Below, in pieces: positions 13,301 through 24,855 of a stretch of DNA of 64,000 bases. Each line of letters starts with the position of its first letter. Position 1 is the first letter of the stretch. The translations under genes and the position numbers were made by a program. A model generated the notes under the pieces. It saw only the letters and a program-made list of their open reading frames with translations. It had not been told where the DNA came from and did no database searches. The stretch spans positions 68,448,001-68,512,000 of the forward strand of contig CM060731.1 in NCBI GenBank assembly GCA_030704615.1. Direction: 5' to 3'. Source of the DNA: Takakia lepidozioides (taxonomy: Eukaryota; Plantae; Bryophyta).

Positions 13301-15753
13301 TCTCTCTCAGTTATTAATGTCTTCCTTCTCTTGGTGGAGGGGATTATCATTGTGTCAATGTGGAACCCCTTTTTTCAGAGAGCACTTCACCCCTAGTGCC
13401 AATAAGTATACCTCTTTATCTCTCTCGCACACTGGTGCTGCATTCCTCAAGTGGAGGTTTAACAGGGTAAGTGGGCTTTTCCAGAATTGGTGTCAACAAC
13501 AGTTACTTCTCTGGAGCAAAGAGAGCTTCTCATACTTCCAGACACTAACTGTGTGTGTGGTAACTGCAGGGGTGCTGAGGCTGTGGCATCAGCCTTGCAC
13601 ATTTCATGGAAACCGGATACTGGTCTTCCAAGGACAGATGGCAAGTCTGACTTGCATGGGAAAACTAAATATGATAGAAATAAGGGGACACATGGAAGCA
13701 ACATTTCAGATCAGAATTTTTGGCAAGTGGAAAAGCATTTGGAGGAGGGATCCCTGGTGCCCCCAATCGACCCCCGAAAGCAGAGAAAGCTTGCTAAAAA
13801 GCATGTGAAACAAACGGCTGGAGCAAAATGGTAACATATCTTGCTTTTTGTTTTGTGTGTATGTCTGCTGTCCTTGCCTCCTAGGGGCTGTTTGGCTGGA
13901 CCTGTCTCTCTAGTGGTTCATTTCTTCCCCCTTCATTGATCTCTCTTTCTCTTCTGCGTGTGTGTGGATGTTCTAAAATTTCTCTTTCTGCGTGTTGTGT
14001 TTGGGCTGTACTTCTGTTTGGTCAGTAACTCTACCGTGTTGTCCTATTGTGTCACATGTGTCCATGTATTGTTCTCTCAGGGCAGCTTATCTGTATTGGG
14101 CAATCTACCTCCAACTAAGCTTGTGTTTGTTTTGGTTTTCTCTTGACGTTGACTCTGTTTCGTAGGCCCTCTGGGCCTCCTGTGCATTTAATACTTTCTC
14201 CGTTTCCTCACAAGTCAGTGCCAATCCTTCATTTCTCTGTAATTGAATTGGGCACATGTGCTACGGCAAATTTGAGGCTGGCTCTCATGTTACAGAGGGC
14301 CATGGGAAGGGTTGACTTACAGCAGGGATCGTGCCTTTCACATTGTGTCTTGGGAGAATCAATGCTGATATCTCAGACCCCAGATGTGTTTGTTTGGATG
14401 TTTTGTAATCAATTAAAGGGGAAAAATTGCCTCTATGATGCACTCTAATTTGATTTGTGTCGAGCAGGTTCGACATGCCAGCACCAACTGTCACACCAGC
14501 GATAAAGAGGGAGCTGCAGCTACTTAAGGTGTGAGCACAGCTTCTATAGTAATCCTTCTCTTTATATCAGAACAGTACTGAGAGATGAGACAGAAAGATG
14601 GGGCCTGGGGTGGGGTGGTTTAGTACATTAAAATAAATGGGAGCTGCTGATTTGGTGGGGGGCAGGCTAATGTGTGGGGTGGTGTGGTGGATGGGATGTC
14701 TGCAGCTAAGAAGTGTCATCGACCCTAAACAGCATTACAAATCCGGTGACACAAAGGGCCAACCAAAATATTTCCAGGTGTTTTCCACCTGCACATTGTG
14801 ACAGATGTCCACTTTGATCTGATTGCAGTGAAACTGTAAATTTTGTCTGACTGGGATTTGTACGAACAGAGGATCTGGGACGGGCACACTACAACTTTCA
14901 GAGTTTTAGTTGAAGCTCTTCGTTCCCTTATCAGTTTTCATTTTTTTACTGCCTGGCACTAAATTGGCTGGCCTCTTCTTTGAACTTTCAAAAGACAAAT
15001 TCGATTAATGAAACCTTCCTGATTTTCTCATACTGACTGGACTGGCTTATGATTTCAGATAGGAACTGTGGTGGAAGGACCTGCAGACTTTTACTCAGGA
15101 CGGTTGACGAAGAAAGAACGCAAGGAAACATTTGCGGACGAACTTCTTGCAAACAGCAGTCTCAAATCCTTTAGGTATACAAACATATTTGAACTCCAGA
15201 CGGAAGTCACGTTGGTAATTCATCATGAGATCTCACAAGCATTTATGGTATTTGGGAGACTCAGTCATCAATGCCTAACAGACCACATCCACTGAACTGC
15301 ATGCTTGCATGGTACTGAAGTTACCAGGCTTCTTGCTATCGCTGTCAGGGTGGCAAGCTCTACAGGAGCTGGTTATGGCCATCAATGGCTTTCTGAGTTG
15401 GCTATGTAACTTGCTGGCTGTGTCAAAACTAGTCTTCAGGATTCCTGGCTATGCTTCTCACACTTGAAACTAACTAGGATTGTCCATCCAGGCATGGGGA
15501 ATTTAAGTCTCTAGGAAGAAGCTGGACGAAGTGACCCGAGTGGCTGTTAGACCTTGTAACAGAAACTTGCCTGAACAAGTACTTAAATTCATGTTTGCTA
15601 TGGCTGGTGAAGTCTAAGTGACAAAAGGCTGATGTGTTGGTTTGTCCCAGAAAGCGCAAGTACATGGAAATCCAAGAGCAAAAGCAGGCTGGTGGCAAGA
15701 AGTTTTGGAAGCAGAAGAAAAATCGGCAAAAACCCTCTTGGGCTAAAACATAG
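10333..15753 (+). CDS. FCF2: Fcf2 pre-rRNA processing domain protein (Fcf2/DNTTIP2 family) with a long acidic N-terminal extension; exons 10333-12554, 13152-13283, 13570-13830, 14468-14528, 14706-14777, 15059-15174, 15651-15753 (~988 aa)
   Basis: Spliced C-terminus reads TAGAKWFDMPAPTVTPAIKRELQLLKLRSVIDPKQHYK...PKYFQIGTVVEGPADFYSGRLTKKERKETFADELL...RKRKYMEIQ, the Fcf2 signature. All introns are GT-AG and total CDS is 2967 nt, in frame. Confidence 0.9.
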
Positions 15754-16418
15754 TCATTCCATACATCAAGGCGTAGTCAATGTTGACTGGGGATGGCGTC
15801 TCTGAGTTTAGGGCGGTGGTCCAGGAGGTAGGCTTTTGTAAGTTGGGTGTTTTCTGCAGTGCCCAGAAAAAGGTAGTGTTTACAAGCAGAGAAAGGCATA
15901 TTTTGGGCTACCGTAGGATGGACCTTGGAGCGGGAACCTTAGGGACATGGGGATGGGAGGAATGGCAACAATATGCATCTTCTGCCGCAGGTTCCCATTT
16001 TCAGTATATGGACACTTTGATACACAATCATTCCACTGCCAATATTTGCATTAAAGGACCTGAATAAACTGGGATTGGACACTTGATATTCCAGTAACTG
16101 CCTCTCAATTCATAAAGAAAATTGTCCTGGACATCAGCATTTGATGTCACAAATTCAGTTGTTCTTTCTTGCAATGCGGACAGCAATGCACTTGTACCTG
16201 TCACTAATGATGAATAATACTGTACCTGAGGGAAACAGCAGGAAATGCCAAAACCAAGCAAGAGAGAACTCTTCATCTGTTCTTATTGGACATTTTCTCA
16301 GGGTGAACAACCTTCGCACTGAAAGCAAGATGGAAACCACAACACTACGTCAGAGATGAGGTTACAAAACTTTGGTATGGCAACCAATGAGAACCTAACT
16401 GCAGTCCCAACACCCTAG

Positions 16419-19400
16419 CTACAAAAATCCCTTGCTCCCAAGGCCTTGGGGAAATCTGGAGGGGACAGGAGACGCGCGCTTCCAAGGGAGCTCCGCGCCC
16501 TTGGTTGCCTCTTGCATGTCTTGCCGGGCTGCCTTTGGATCAACCAATGTTTTCTGAAATGTCTGTGAGAAACCTGTTGCAATGATGGTCACGTGAACCT
16601 CACCCGTGTAGCGATCATCAACCACAGCCCCGAAAATTATGTTGGCTGTCGGATCTGCCAACCCAGTCACGATCTACACACCGCATTCCAACCCCAAGTG
16701 TCAAGGAAAAACATGTGAGACCTGATTGGTACTACATTCCCAGATTCCATTTCCCAGATCTATTGAATGCATAGTTGCATACTTTCAACCACTTTCATCC
16801 ATAAAGAGGTTTGATCTTGAACGAGCACTAGCACTATATGTGGAAAAATGATCTGAAGGGATCGGATGTGGGCAAGTCAAAACTTAAACCAGTTCAGCTG
16901 AGACATTTGCGATTCTAGGGAGGGCCACAGAACAGACCTGTGAGACACGGTTCACTTCCTGCAGGGTGAGGTCCTTGCCACCAGTGATGTTGTACACAAC
17001 ACCGGTTGCTCGCTCGATGGAGCGCTCAATCAGTGGTGCTGAAGTAGCCTGCAAAGCAGCTTCTTCTGCACGATTCTTGCCAGTTGACATACCCACCCCT
17101 AGCATTGCCGTCCCAGAATTACTCATGACAGCTTTGACATCAGCGAAGTCCACATTCACCAATCCTGGTGTCTGCACCACAACATCAAGAGGAACATTTC
17201 AAAAATGCATTTGTCAGGTTCCAGAGAAAGAGATTGACTCCAGCAGAAGCCGGTGTAACTAAGAGCCGCTTCACCTTACGTCTACTTTCCCCTTTCGGGG
17301 GTAGGACAGGTTCCAGAATTCTAACAAAAGTTTGGACTAAGCCTTTGCCATCAGACTAAAGAGAAAATGATAAGAATGCCTATGCATTCATAGCATGCTG
17401 TGTGTCAAGTGATGCTGCCATATGAGACTGGAGAAGCTCTTTCCACTATAGACGCTACACCAATGGAGAATGGTGAGTAAAAACAACTTAGACATCCTTT
17501 TCAAGTAAGGTCCTTAGAGGGCGAGAGTAACATAGGGTCCCATGGGCTTGACTATTTCATTGAATATACAAGGGTAGTCAATGGTACCGTACAAACTTCC
17601 TTAAGTCAAAACATGCAAAAAACAGGTTGATACTTGATATCCCAGGCAACAGAGGGTGTTTGCTAGTGCCTGTCAATCAACTCGTCCAAGTATTGGTGAC
17701 AGACGATTGCTAAGTAGGCTACACCGGACACAAAAAAACAAACGAAAACGGAGAGGACTTGATAAACCATCAACAAGAGTTTGAAAGCATATTGGGCCAC
17801 GCTTGGGTCAACATTCAAGAACCCAAAACCAAGCTAGGTTTCCGCATACATCCGATGTCTTGGGAGTTTCATTAGTGGCATCCCATGTGTGATCCAATGA
17901 GGTAATCCCACAAAAGACACTCGACTCAGCACCAATGAGCAATACAGTTAAACCCTGAACCCTAAACCCTCGACCATCACCCTTGGGTTGCTGAGTGGCA
18001 ATGTAAGTGAACGATGTCCACAGTTGCTTCTGACATCTGTATACGGAACACAACATTTCTTAACTGGAAGTACATCATCACACTCACAGTGATTATGTCA
18101 GAGATGCCTTGCACACCCTGTCGCAGCACATCGTCAGCCAAAAGAAAGGCGTCCTGAAGCGGAGTCTGTTCTTGCACTACATCCAAGAGGCGGTCATTTG
18201 GGATGATAATAAGCGTATCCACTGACTTGCGCAGCTGCTCTATTGCCTCCAGTGCCTGCACCCCTACCATCCATCCTGCCTTCTTTTACCCAGAGAGACA
18301 GCCTTCTTTTCCCAACCCTCTTTTCCAGCATTGTTTTACAAGACTTTAAGCATGCACCTAATGAGAGCTTGTTGTACTGGCATCAACAGCCACACTTACC
18401 AGTGCTGTGAAAGATCACCATACTGTGCTATATCCTTTCTTCACAAAACGTCATTGGTGGCTCTTTGAAAAGAAGCTCACCATATGGAAGTTTCAAGTCC
18501 AACAAAAGCTCACCTGCTGGCCCCTGCGACGACCTTCAAATGTGAAAGGATAGGTGACAACACCCACAGTGAGATGCCCGACTTCTTTGGACACCCGTGC
18601 TACCACCGGCGCAGCCCCCGACCCCGTCCCACCCCCCATGCCAGCAGTTATGAAGACAAGATCTGAGTCAGCCACTGCCTCTGCAATAGCCTCTAAGGAC
18701 TCCTCTGCAGCCTGTTCTCCCAGGTTTGGATTTCCACCGGTACCTGCCAGTCCCCTTCCACATTTCTAGAAAAACCATACTGAATATGAAAAAGGGAACT
18801 GCACAACCCTCACTTGAAGCTTGTCCTTCGAGACTGCAGTTTGGAAACATTCACTTCCACTTAAAGATTGACAACTCCATCCGAGTCATCCCATCTTGAT
18901 GACTTCCATTTCTCCCTCTCTTTAATCAAGACTCCCAGTATGGACATCAAAGTAGGGCTCTCGTGGACACGACCTGAAAGCTTCGCGATAAAGGGACAAG
19001 TAAAAGATTTGGGAGGAAGATCAGATTGAATATGCATATGCACTCTCAATGGTCATCACTGATACACACTCTCACCTAGTCTACAACAAGTCAATAAGAG
19101 GTATAGTCTGTACCCAGTCCACGGGTTAATTCCTCCCCAATCTGCACACGGTGTGTAGCTGCTGACTGTAGCAATGCTTGTGAATCTGTGTTGATGGCCC
19201 AAAACTCCACTCCCTGCTCAGCCACAGTCCACAAGCTCTAGTGTTGACATTCAATGCTTGCACCCCTCCCTCTACAGAAATTGTGATAAGGAACATTGTG
19301 TACACCATACTCTGCACAGGCATTCATGCCAAGCCCCAATAAACCTTCCCAACTATTGCAAGGTGTATGGTTTGATGCAGCTGTAACCAGAGCTATAGTC

Positions 19401-20236
19401 TAAGATTAATAATATAGCTAGAACTTGGGGTAAAAACAAACTCAAGACTGAGTCTACAACTTGACCACTACCTCACTTCAATTATATCTCAAATTTTTCT
19501 ACGGTCGATTGATTCTTTCTGTAAGCACCCAACATATGCACTCTGCTGTTAGTGGTTGTTTGATCTGTCAGCAGCATCGAGGGAGGGTTTATGGAGCCCA
19601 ATGTCACCTAAGTATCACAAGGCTGAGACCAAGCAGAGTATATGAACTGAAAACGACTCTGAAAGCAAGACAAACTGCAAGTGCAATGAGATACAGCTAG
19701 CTGAGAAGATTAGGGAGTACACATTGGTGCAAGCCGATTACCTTGCCATAGTCTATTCCTGACTAGTATTAATGGAGCCTATCGTCTACAAATGGGATGG
19801 GAGTGTTAGGAGAAAGTATACTGAGGAGGGACGGGGAAGGGCACGCAGAGGGCCAGCATGTACACAGGCGTACCTGAAGGCCACTGCCAATCATCCTATT
19901 GACAGCATTGTTACCCCCACCACCCACGCCAATGACTTTAATGCGTGCAGCATCCACGGAAGCCATTGATGCTTCTATCCTGCTCCTTCTCCCCTTTCTC
20001 CTCCTCCCCCGACTCCATGCCTGATGGTTCCCCTCCATTCTGACAAAGAAAATGCTGCGTCCCCTCAAGCGCTCATCACCGACATCTGATACCAACGTTG
20101 TCCTCCTTGAACCAGGGCACTGATAGCATGAGGTCCGTGGAGAAAAGGAGAGATGGCTGAGACAACAAGACGGGGAAGAAGAAGAAGAAGAAGCCACTGT
20201 GTCTCTAAGGGTAGGGAACGGATTTACACTTGCCAT
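16419..20236 (-). CDS. FTSZ1: Plastid division protein FtsZ1; exons 20236-19874, 19213-19114, 18743-18514, 18255-18088, 17171-16938, 16673-16419 (~449 aa)
   Basis: [22 protein letters not shown], the GMGGGTGSG tubulin signature, NVDFADV and TIIATGF are present. The N-terminus is Ser-rich and transit-like, and no FtsZ2-type C-terminal peptide is seen. GT-AG introns; 1350 nt in frame. Confidence 0.95.
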
Positions 20237-20970
20237 TAACTTCTTCTGACAAAACATATCGACACAGACGATGTAAGACGCTCTGCGTGCAAATTAAAGA
20301 TAGAAGAGCAGGAGGCGAAAGCAAATACAAAAAAGGGATGCCGATGGCAACCGATTGCACCCAGCAGAGAGTTGAGCTGGCTGCTTTGATACCAGGCACA
20401 AGCAAGCATGCACAAACTCCACAGGGATTAATTCGGAGAAGGGTGCAAGCAGCAAGAGATTTTCAGAGAGTGCAAGAACCAGTCCTTCCTCTATCAGCAT
20501 TCAAAGACCCCCCCATCTACGGTGTCAAGCGCCTCTACTGACAGATCCCAACCGCACATCTTCGGGATGGACGAAGCTCGAACATCCACTGAAAGGAAAC
20601 AAAAAAGTTATCACACACTAACCAGCTACTACTGGCATCAGCCTTCAGATTTTGTCGCTATACAATGAAGTGGGAGGCAATGCAAACCTACATAGAGACG
20701 ATGGGAGCTGTGAAGACTCTGTGGGTGTTCCTTGGATCTATGCTCTACTTCCATTCCTCTGGGTTTTAGTATGACCATCAGACGATGAAGTTGTACGAAT
20801 CTGTAAGCGTGTAGCTAAATGTTGAGCCTTCTGAGAATTTCATGGAATTGGGTGGAGATTGCTGTTCCGGGTGGTTGTCTCTGTATCAGTGGTGAGTTGG
20901 ATAGGTTTATAAATGTAATTTTCTTGTATCATGCAGGGCGAGGGGGTTTCTAGTCTGGAATCAGGCGCAG

Positions 20971-22818
20971 TTGGTTGTCTGGCATCATAAAGTGGGCAAG
21001 GGAATGAGTTTTGGCACCTTCAATATTGCCGCTGTTTCTGAGGGAGAGCGGATGCAAAGATCAATGGAGGAGAGAGGTGACAATCACACTTCTGGAACTA
21101 GTGGGGATATGAGCAGAGTATGGAAAGTGGGACGATTGAAGGAGGCAGTGCACACCTTGGATCTGATGAAGCAACAAGGCCTTGGAGCTTACTCCGCGAC
21201 TTGTGCTAGTCTCTTACAGGAGTGTGCTAAGACGCAGGCCCTGGCTGATGGCAAGGGGGTCCATGCCCACATTGTCGAAAGTGGATTGGAGCCGGACGTC
21301 TTCTTGGGAAACAGCCTTATCAGTATGTACATGAAGTGCGGGAGCGTTGTGGATGCACGTCAAGTGTTTGACAAAATGCCCAAACGGAATGTGGTTTCAT
21401 GGAATGCGATGATTGCTGGATCAGCTCAGCTAGGGCATGTTCAAGAAGCATTCGAACACTTCCAGCAAATGCAACGCGAGGGTGTGATGCCAAACGAGAT
21501 CACATTTCTGAGCATCCTCAACAGTTGTGCCAGCCAAGAGTCCAGCAAGCAGGTTCATGCCAGTATTATTAATTCTGGATTAGAGGCAGATGTCCGGGTG
21601 GGTACTGCTCTTGTCAGCATGTATTGCAAGTGGGGGAAAATTGCAGATGCCCGCCAAGTGTTCCACAAAATGCCTAAACGAGATTTGGTCTCATGGACGA
21701 CAATGATTTCTGGATTAGCTCATCAAGGGTATGGGGAAGAGGCATTGGAACTGTTTCAGCAGATGCAACAAAAAGGCATCATGCCTAACAAGATCACCTT
21801 CATGAGTATCCTCAATGCATGTGCCAGCCCAGTAGCCCTCGAACAGGGCAAGTGGCTCCATGCAGGCATCATTCATGCTGGATTTGAGTCAGATGTCCGG
21901 GTGGCAACTGCCCTTGCCAGCATGTATTTGAAGTGTGGGAGTGTGGTGGATGCACGCCAAGTATTTGTTCAAATGCCTAAGCGAGACGTAAGCTCATGGA
22001 ATGCAATGATTGCAGGACTTGCTCAGGAAGGGTATGGAGCAGAAGCTTTTGAAATCTTTCGACAAATGCAGAAAGAAGGTGTGAAGGCAAACAGGGTCAC
22101 CTTTCTGAGCATTCTTAACGCATGTGTGAGCTCAGCAGATCCGGAGGAGGGCAAGCATGTCCATGCTGGGATAATTGAAGCAGGACTTGAGTCAGATCTC
22201 CGTGTGGGGAATGCCCTTATCACCATGTATGTGAAGTGTGGGAGTATTCTGGATGCACGCTGTCTGTTTGAGAAAATGCCTAGCAAGAATGTGATCACAT
22301 GGACTGCTATGATTGCAGGATTAGCTCAGCGAGGGTATGGTGAAGAGGCATTGGAACTCTTTCAGCAAATGCAATGTGAAGGTGTGAATCCAAACACAAT
22401 CACTTTTGTGAGCATCCTCAGCGCATTTGTCAGCCCTGCTGCACTGGAACAGGGCAAGTGGCTGCATACACACATCATCATAGCCGGTTTTGAGTCAGAT
22501 GTCCGAGTAGGGACCGCCCTTATCAGCATGTATGTGAAGTGTGGGAGTGTGGTAGATGCACGCCAAGTGTTTGACAAAATGCCGACACGGGATGTGATCA
22601 CATGGAATGCAATGATTGCAGGACTTACACGGGAAGGGCTCGATGAAGAGGCATTGGAACTCTTTCAGAAAATGCAACAAGAAGGTGTTAAGCCTGATGA
22701 GGTGACACTCAGGAGCATCCCAAGGCATGGGCCAACCTATCAGCCCTGGAAGAAGGCAGCTGGATCCATCCAGAGTGGGATGTATGTGCCTGGTAGTCCT
22801 GTATTGTCAAGAGTTTGA
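20971..22818 (+). CDS. PLS-class pentatricopeptide repeat protein (15 L-S-P motifs), frameshifted at ~22720 with no E/DYW domain; start codon uncertain
   Basis: Five L-S-P triplets, e.g. ITFMSILNACASPVALEQGK / VRVGTALISMYVKCGSVVDARQVFDKM / VITWNAMIAG. A further L motif continues in a shifted frame. Confidence 0.9.
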   Translation: MVVWHHKVGKGMSFGTFNIAAVSEGERMQRSMEERGDNHTSGTSGDMSRVWKVGRLKEAVHTLDLMKQQGLGAYSATCASLLQECAKTQALADGKGVHAHIVESGLEPDVFLGNSLISMYMKCGSVVDARQVFDKMPKRNVVSWNAMIAGSAQLGHVQEAFEHFQQMQREGVMPNEITFLSILNSCASQESSKQVHASIINSGLEADVRVGTALVSMYCKWGKIADARQVFHKMPKRDLVSWTTMISGLAHQGYGEEALELFQQMQQKGIMPNKITFMSILNACASPVALEQGKWLHAGIIHAGFESDVRVATALASMYLKCGSVVDARQVFVQMPKRDVSSWNAMIAGLAQEGYGAEAFEIFRQMQKEGVKANRVTFLSILNACVSSADPEEGKHVHAGIIEAGLESDLRVGNALITMYVKCGSILDARCLFEKMPSKNVITWTAMIAGLAQRGYGEEALELFQQMQCEGVNPNTITFVSILSAFVSPAALEQGKWLHTHIIIAGFESDVRVGTALISMYVKCGSVVDARQVFDKMPTRDVITWNAMIAGLTREGLDEEALELFQKMQQEGVKPDEVTLRSIPRHGPTYQPWKKAAGSIQSGMYVPGSPVLSRV

Positions 22819-24855
22819 TACAGTGAGATGTGATTTCATGGACTGCAATGCTTGCAGGACTGACACCAGAAGGGGATGGTACGGAAGAATGTGTCTGGGC
22901 AAACAGAAGTCTGGAGGACAGAACCGTCAGTTTGATACACTAAACTCCAGTGCAGTCATCCCAAATTATCAAGAATCTGGATTCGTGGCTGCGTGTGTGA
23001 AGAACGCCCTTGTTGACATGCATCCCAAGTGGGGGACAATAGGGTATGTCGTGTGAAGTCTTCGCAAAGTTCACAAGATAGAAGAATGCCTACCCTCTGT
23101 GCCGTGATAAGGGCCCCCTCCAACTCCTGGGGTGAATGCCACAGAATGGGTTAACAATATCACACTTGTTGTCGGTTTCCCTACATGCTGCCAGGTGCAT
23201 CTAGTGAGTGAAGACCGTCACAACTTCCCTTCTGTGGGCCTGGACCATGGAAAGTCATGAACAGGAAAGCACTATGGCTGCAGGTGGATGAGTCTTTCAA
23301 ACCTCTGTGCTGTGGTGGGGAGATGTTTTGAAACATTAAAGGGAGGGATGGAGGGTATAGGATTGAAGAGAAACCACAACACAGCTGGATTGAGTGAAGA
23401 ATCACACGCTTACTCATACATTGGAGATTGGTGCCAACAGGCAATACCAAGAAGGCTAGACAGGAGTGTAAATTCCATGGCCAGGAGCATCAATGAACTT
23501 GTTTCGACCTCCAGAGAGCAAGCACCCAGAGCAAACTGACCTTTGGAAGAAATTGAAGAGCTGGAAAGGAAGAATGGGTGGGCTATGTTTTCCATATTTG
23601 CTACAAATGAGGGAATCAACTTTTGGCATATTGGTCAGCTCAAATTGAAAAGCAATACCTGTTTATGTCTACCTCTTCTATCCACTGGTATCACATGGTT
23701 AGGAGGGGAGGAGCAAGAGGTACTCTTCAAATCTTCTGACAAGAACAATGTTGATATTGTCAGATGCATCATGCGAGTGCTGTTCAAGAGGGTTGTAAAG
23801 GGATTTCAGATGAACAGGATACTGGGGATTCCCAGCTTACATCAGACTACAGAGCTTAAATCAGACTGTATTGTTAATGTCAAGATAGGAACTGAAAATG
23901 ACAAATTCTTTGTACACTCATGACCTGAAGAAGCTGATGATCATTCTTAGTCAAGATCATCTTTGTATACAATGTTAAGGTAGAAAAAAATCGAAATAGG
24001 TCATTCAAAACAGGAAGAGCTATCTACAAGTGACAACCATTTGTGTGCAGGAAGTGTTGTATAGAATTTCCACATGAAAATGCATCCTTCCGTAAGCTCC
24101 AACATCCTTAGTAAGTGTTTGAGGGTAAAAATACATTTCACTCATTTACCAATGTACTACCCCTGCCAGGGCTGTGCAAATAGGAAAACAGCTAGTCCTC
24201 ACAAAGCAACAGTGAACATGAGTATGGGTTAGGGTTTCAAGTTTCAACCATACACAATCCTTGGGTCAATCCACTTTTAAGTCATTTTAGGCTCTCAATC
24301 AGATTCTGCAGGTTGCATTTTCCAGCTCTATCCTAATCCTGAAACACCAGATGATTTATGGACCTGATGCTTGTCTATGCACTTACAAAAGGCAACGGCT
24401 GTGCTGCAAAACTAAGTTTCTCAAAATTTGGAGTAAAAAGCTCCATAACTACATTCAACTAGTGCAGGCCTGTCTTTCGCCACCCAACCGGGTAGTCCAG
24501 TACTTTAAGGTGAGTTATAACCTCATTTAGGTGCTCAAACTAGAAGAAAACTCCAATTCAAGACAATGCTCAAGACCACCAACATTCAGACTTCAATAGC
24601 AAGCTAGACGAATCAAAATTTTGGCACACAGCCCTTAGCACATGGCAACCTTAAAGCAAGCTCCTTCATGCACACTGAAAGTACAGGAAGATCTACAGAC
24701 TCTACCCATGCCAGGATACTAGAAAGTGCAACCAGAAAAAGAACACTTGGGGCCTACAACCAACCCAACCTCAACAGAAAACCAGCACATGGGTGTGCAC
24801 AGAGAGGTCAGGAAACGCTGCTGTGCAGAGCTCAGGACAGGCAATTTGCATGATC

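Noticed and set aside
16419-20257. Bacterial ftsZ (contamination or horizontal transfer)
   Set aside because: Five spliceosomal introns and a transit-peptide-like N-terminus show it is the normal nuclear plant gene.
20237-20257. Upstream ATG at 20257 as the FtsZ1 start
   Set aside because: It lies within a pyrimidine-rich ttttgtcag acceptor-like sequence, probably a 5' UTR intron; MASV at 20236 is preferred but unproven.
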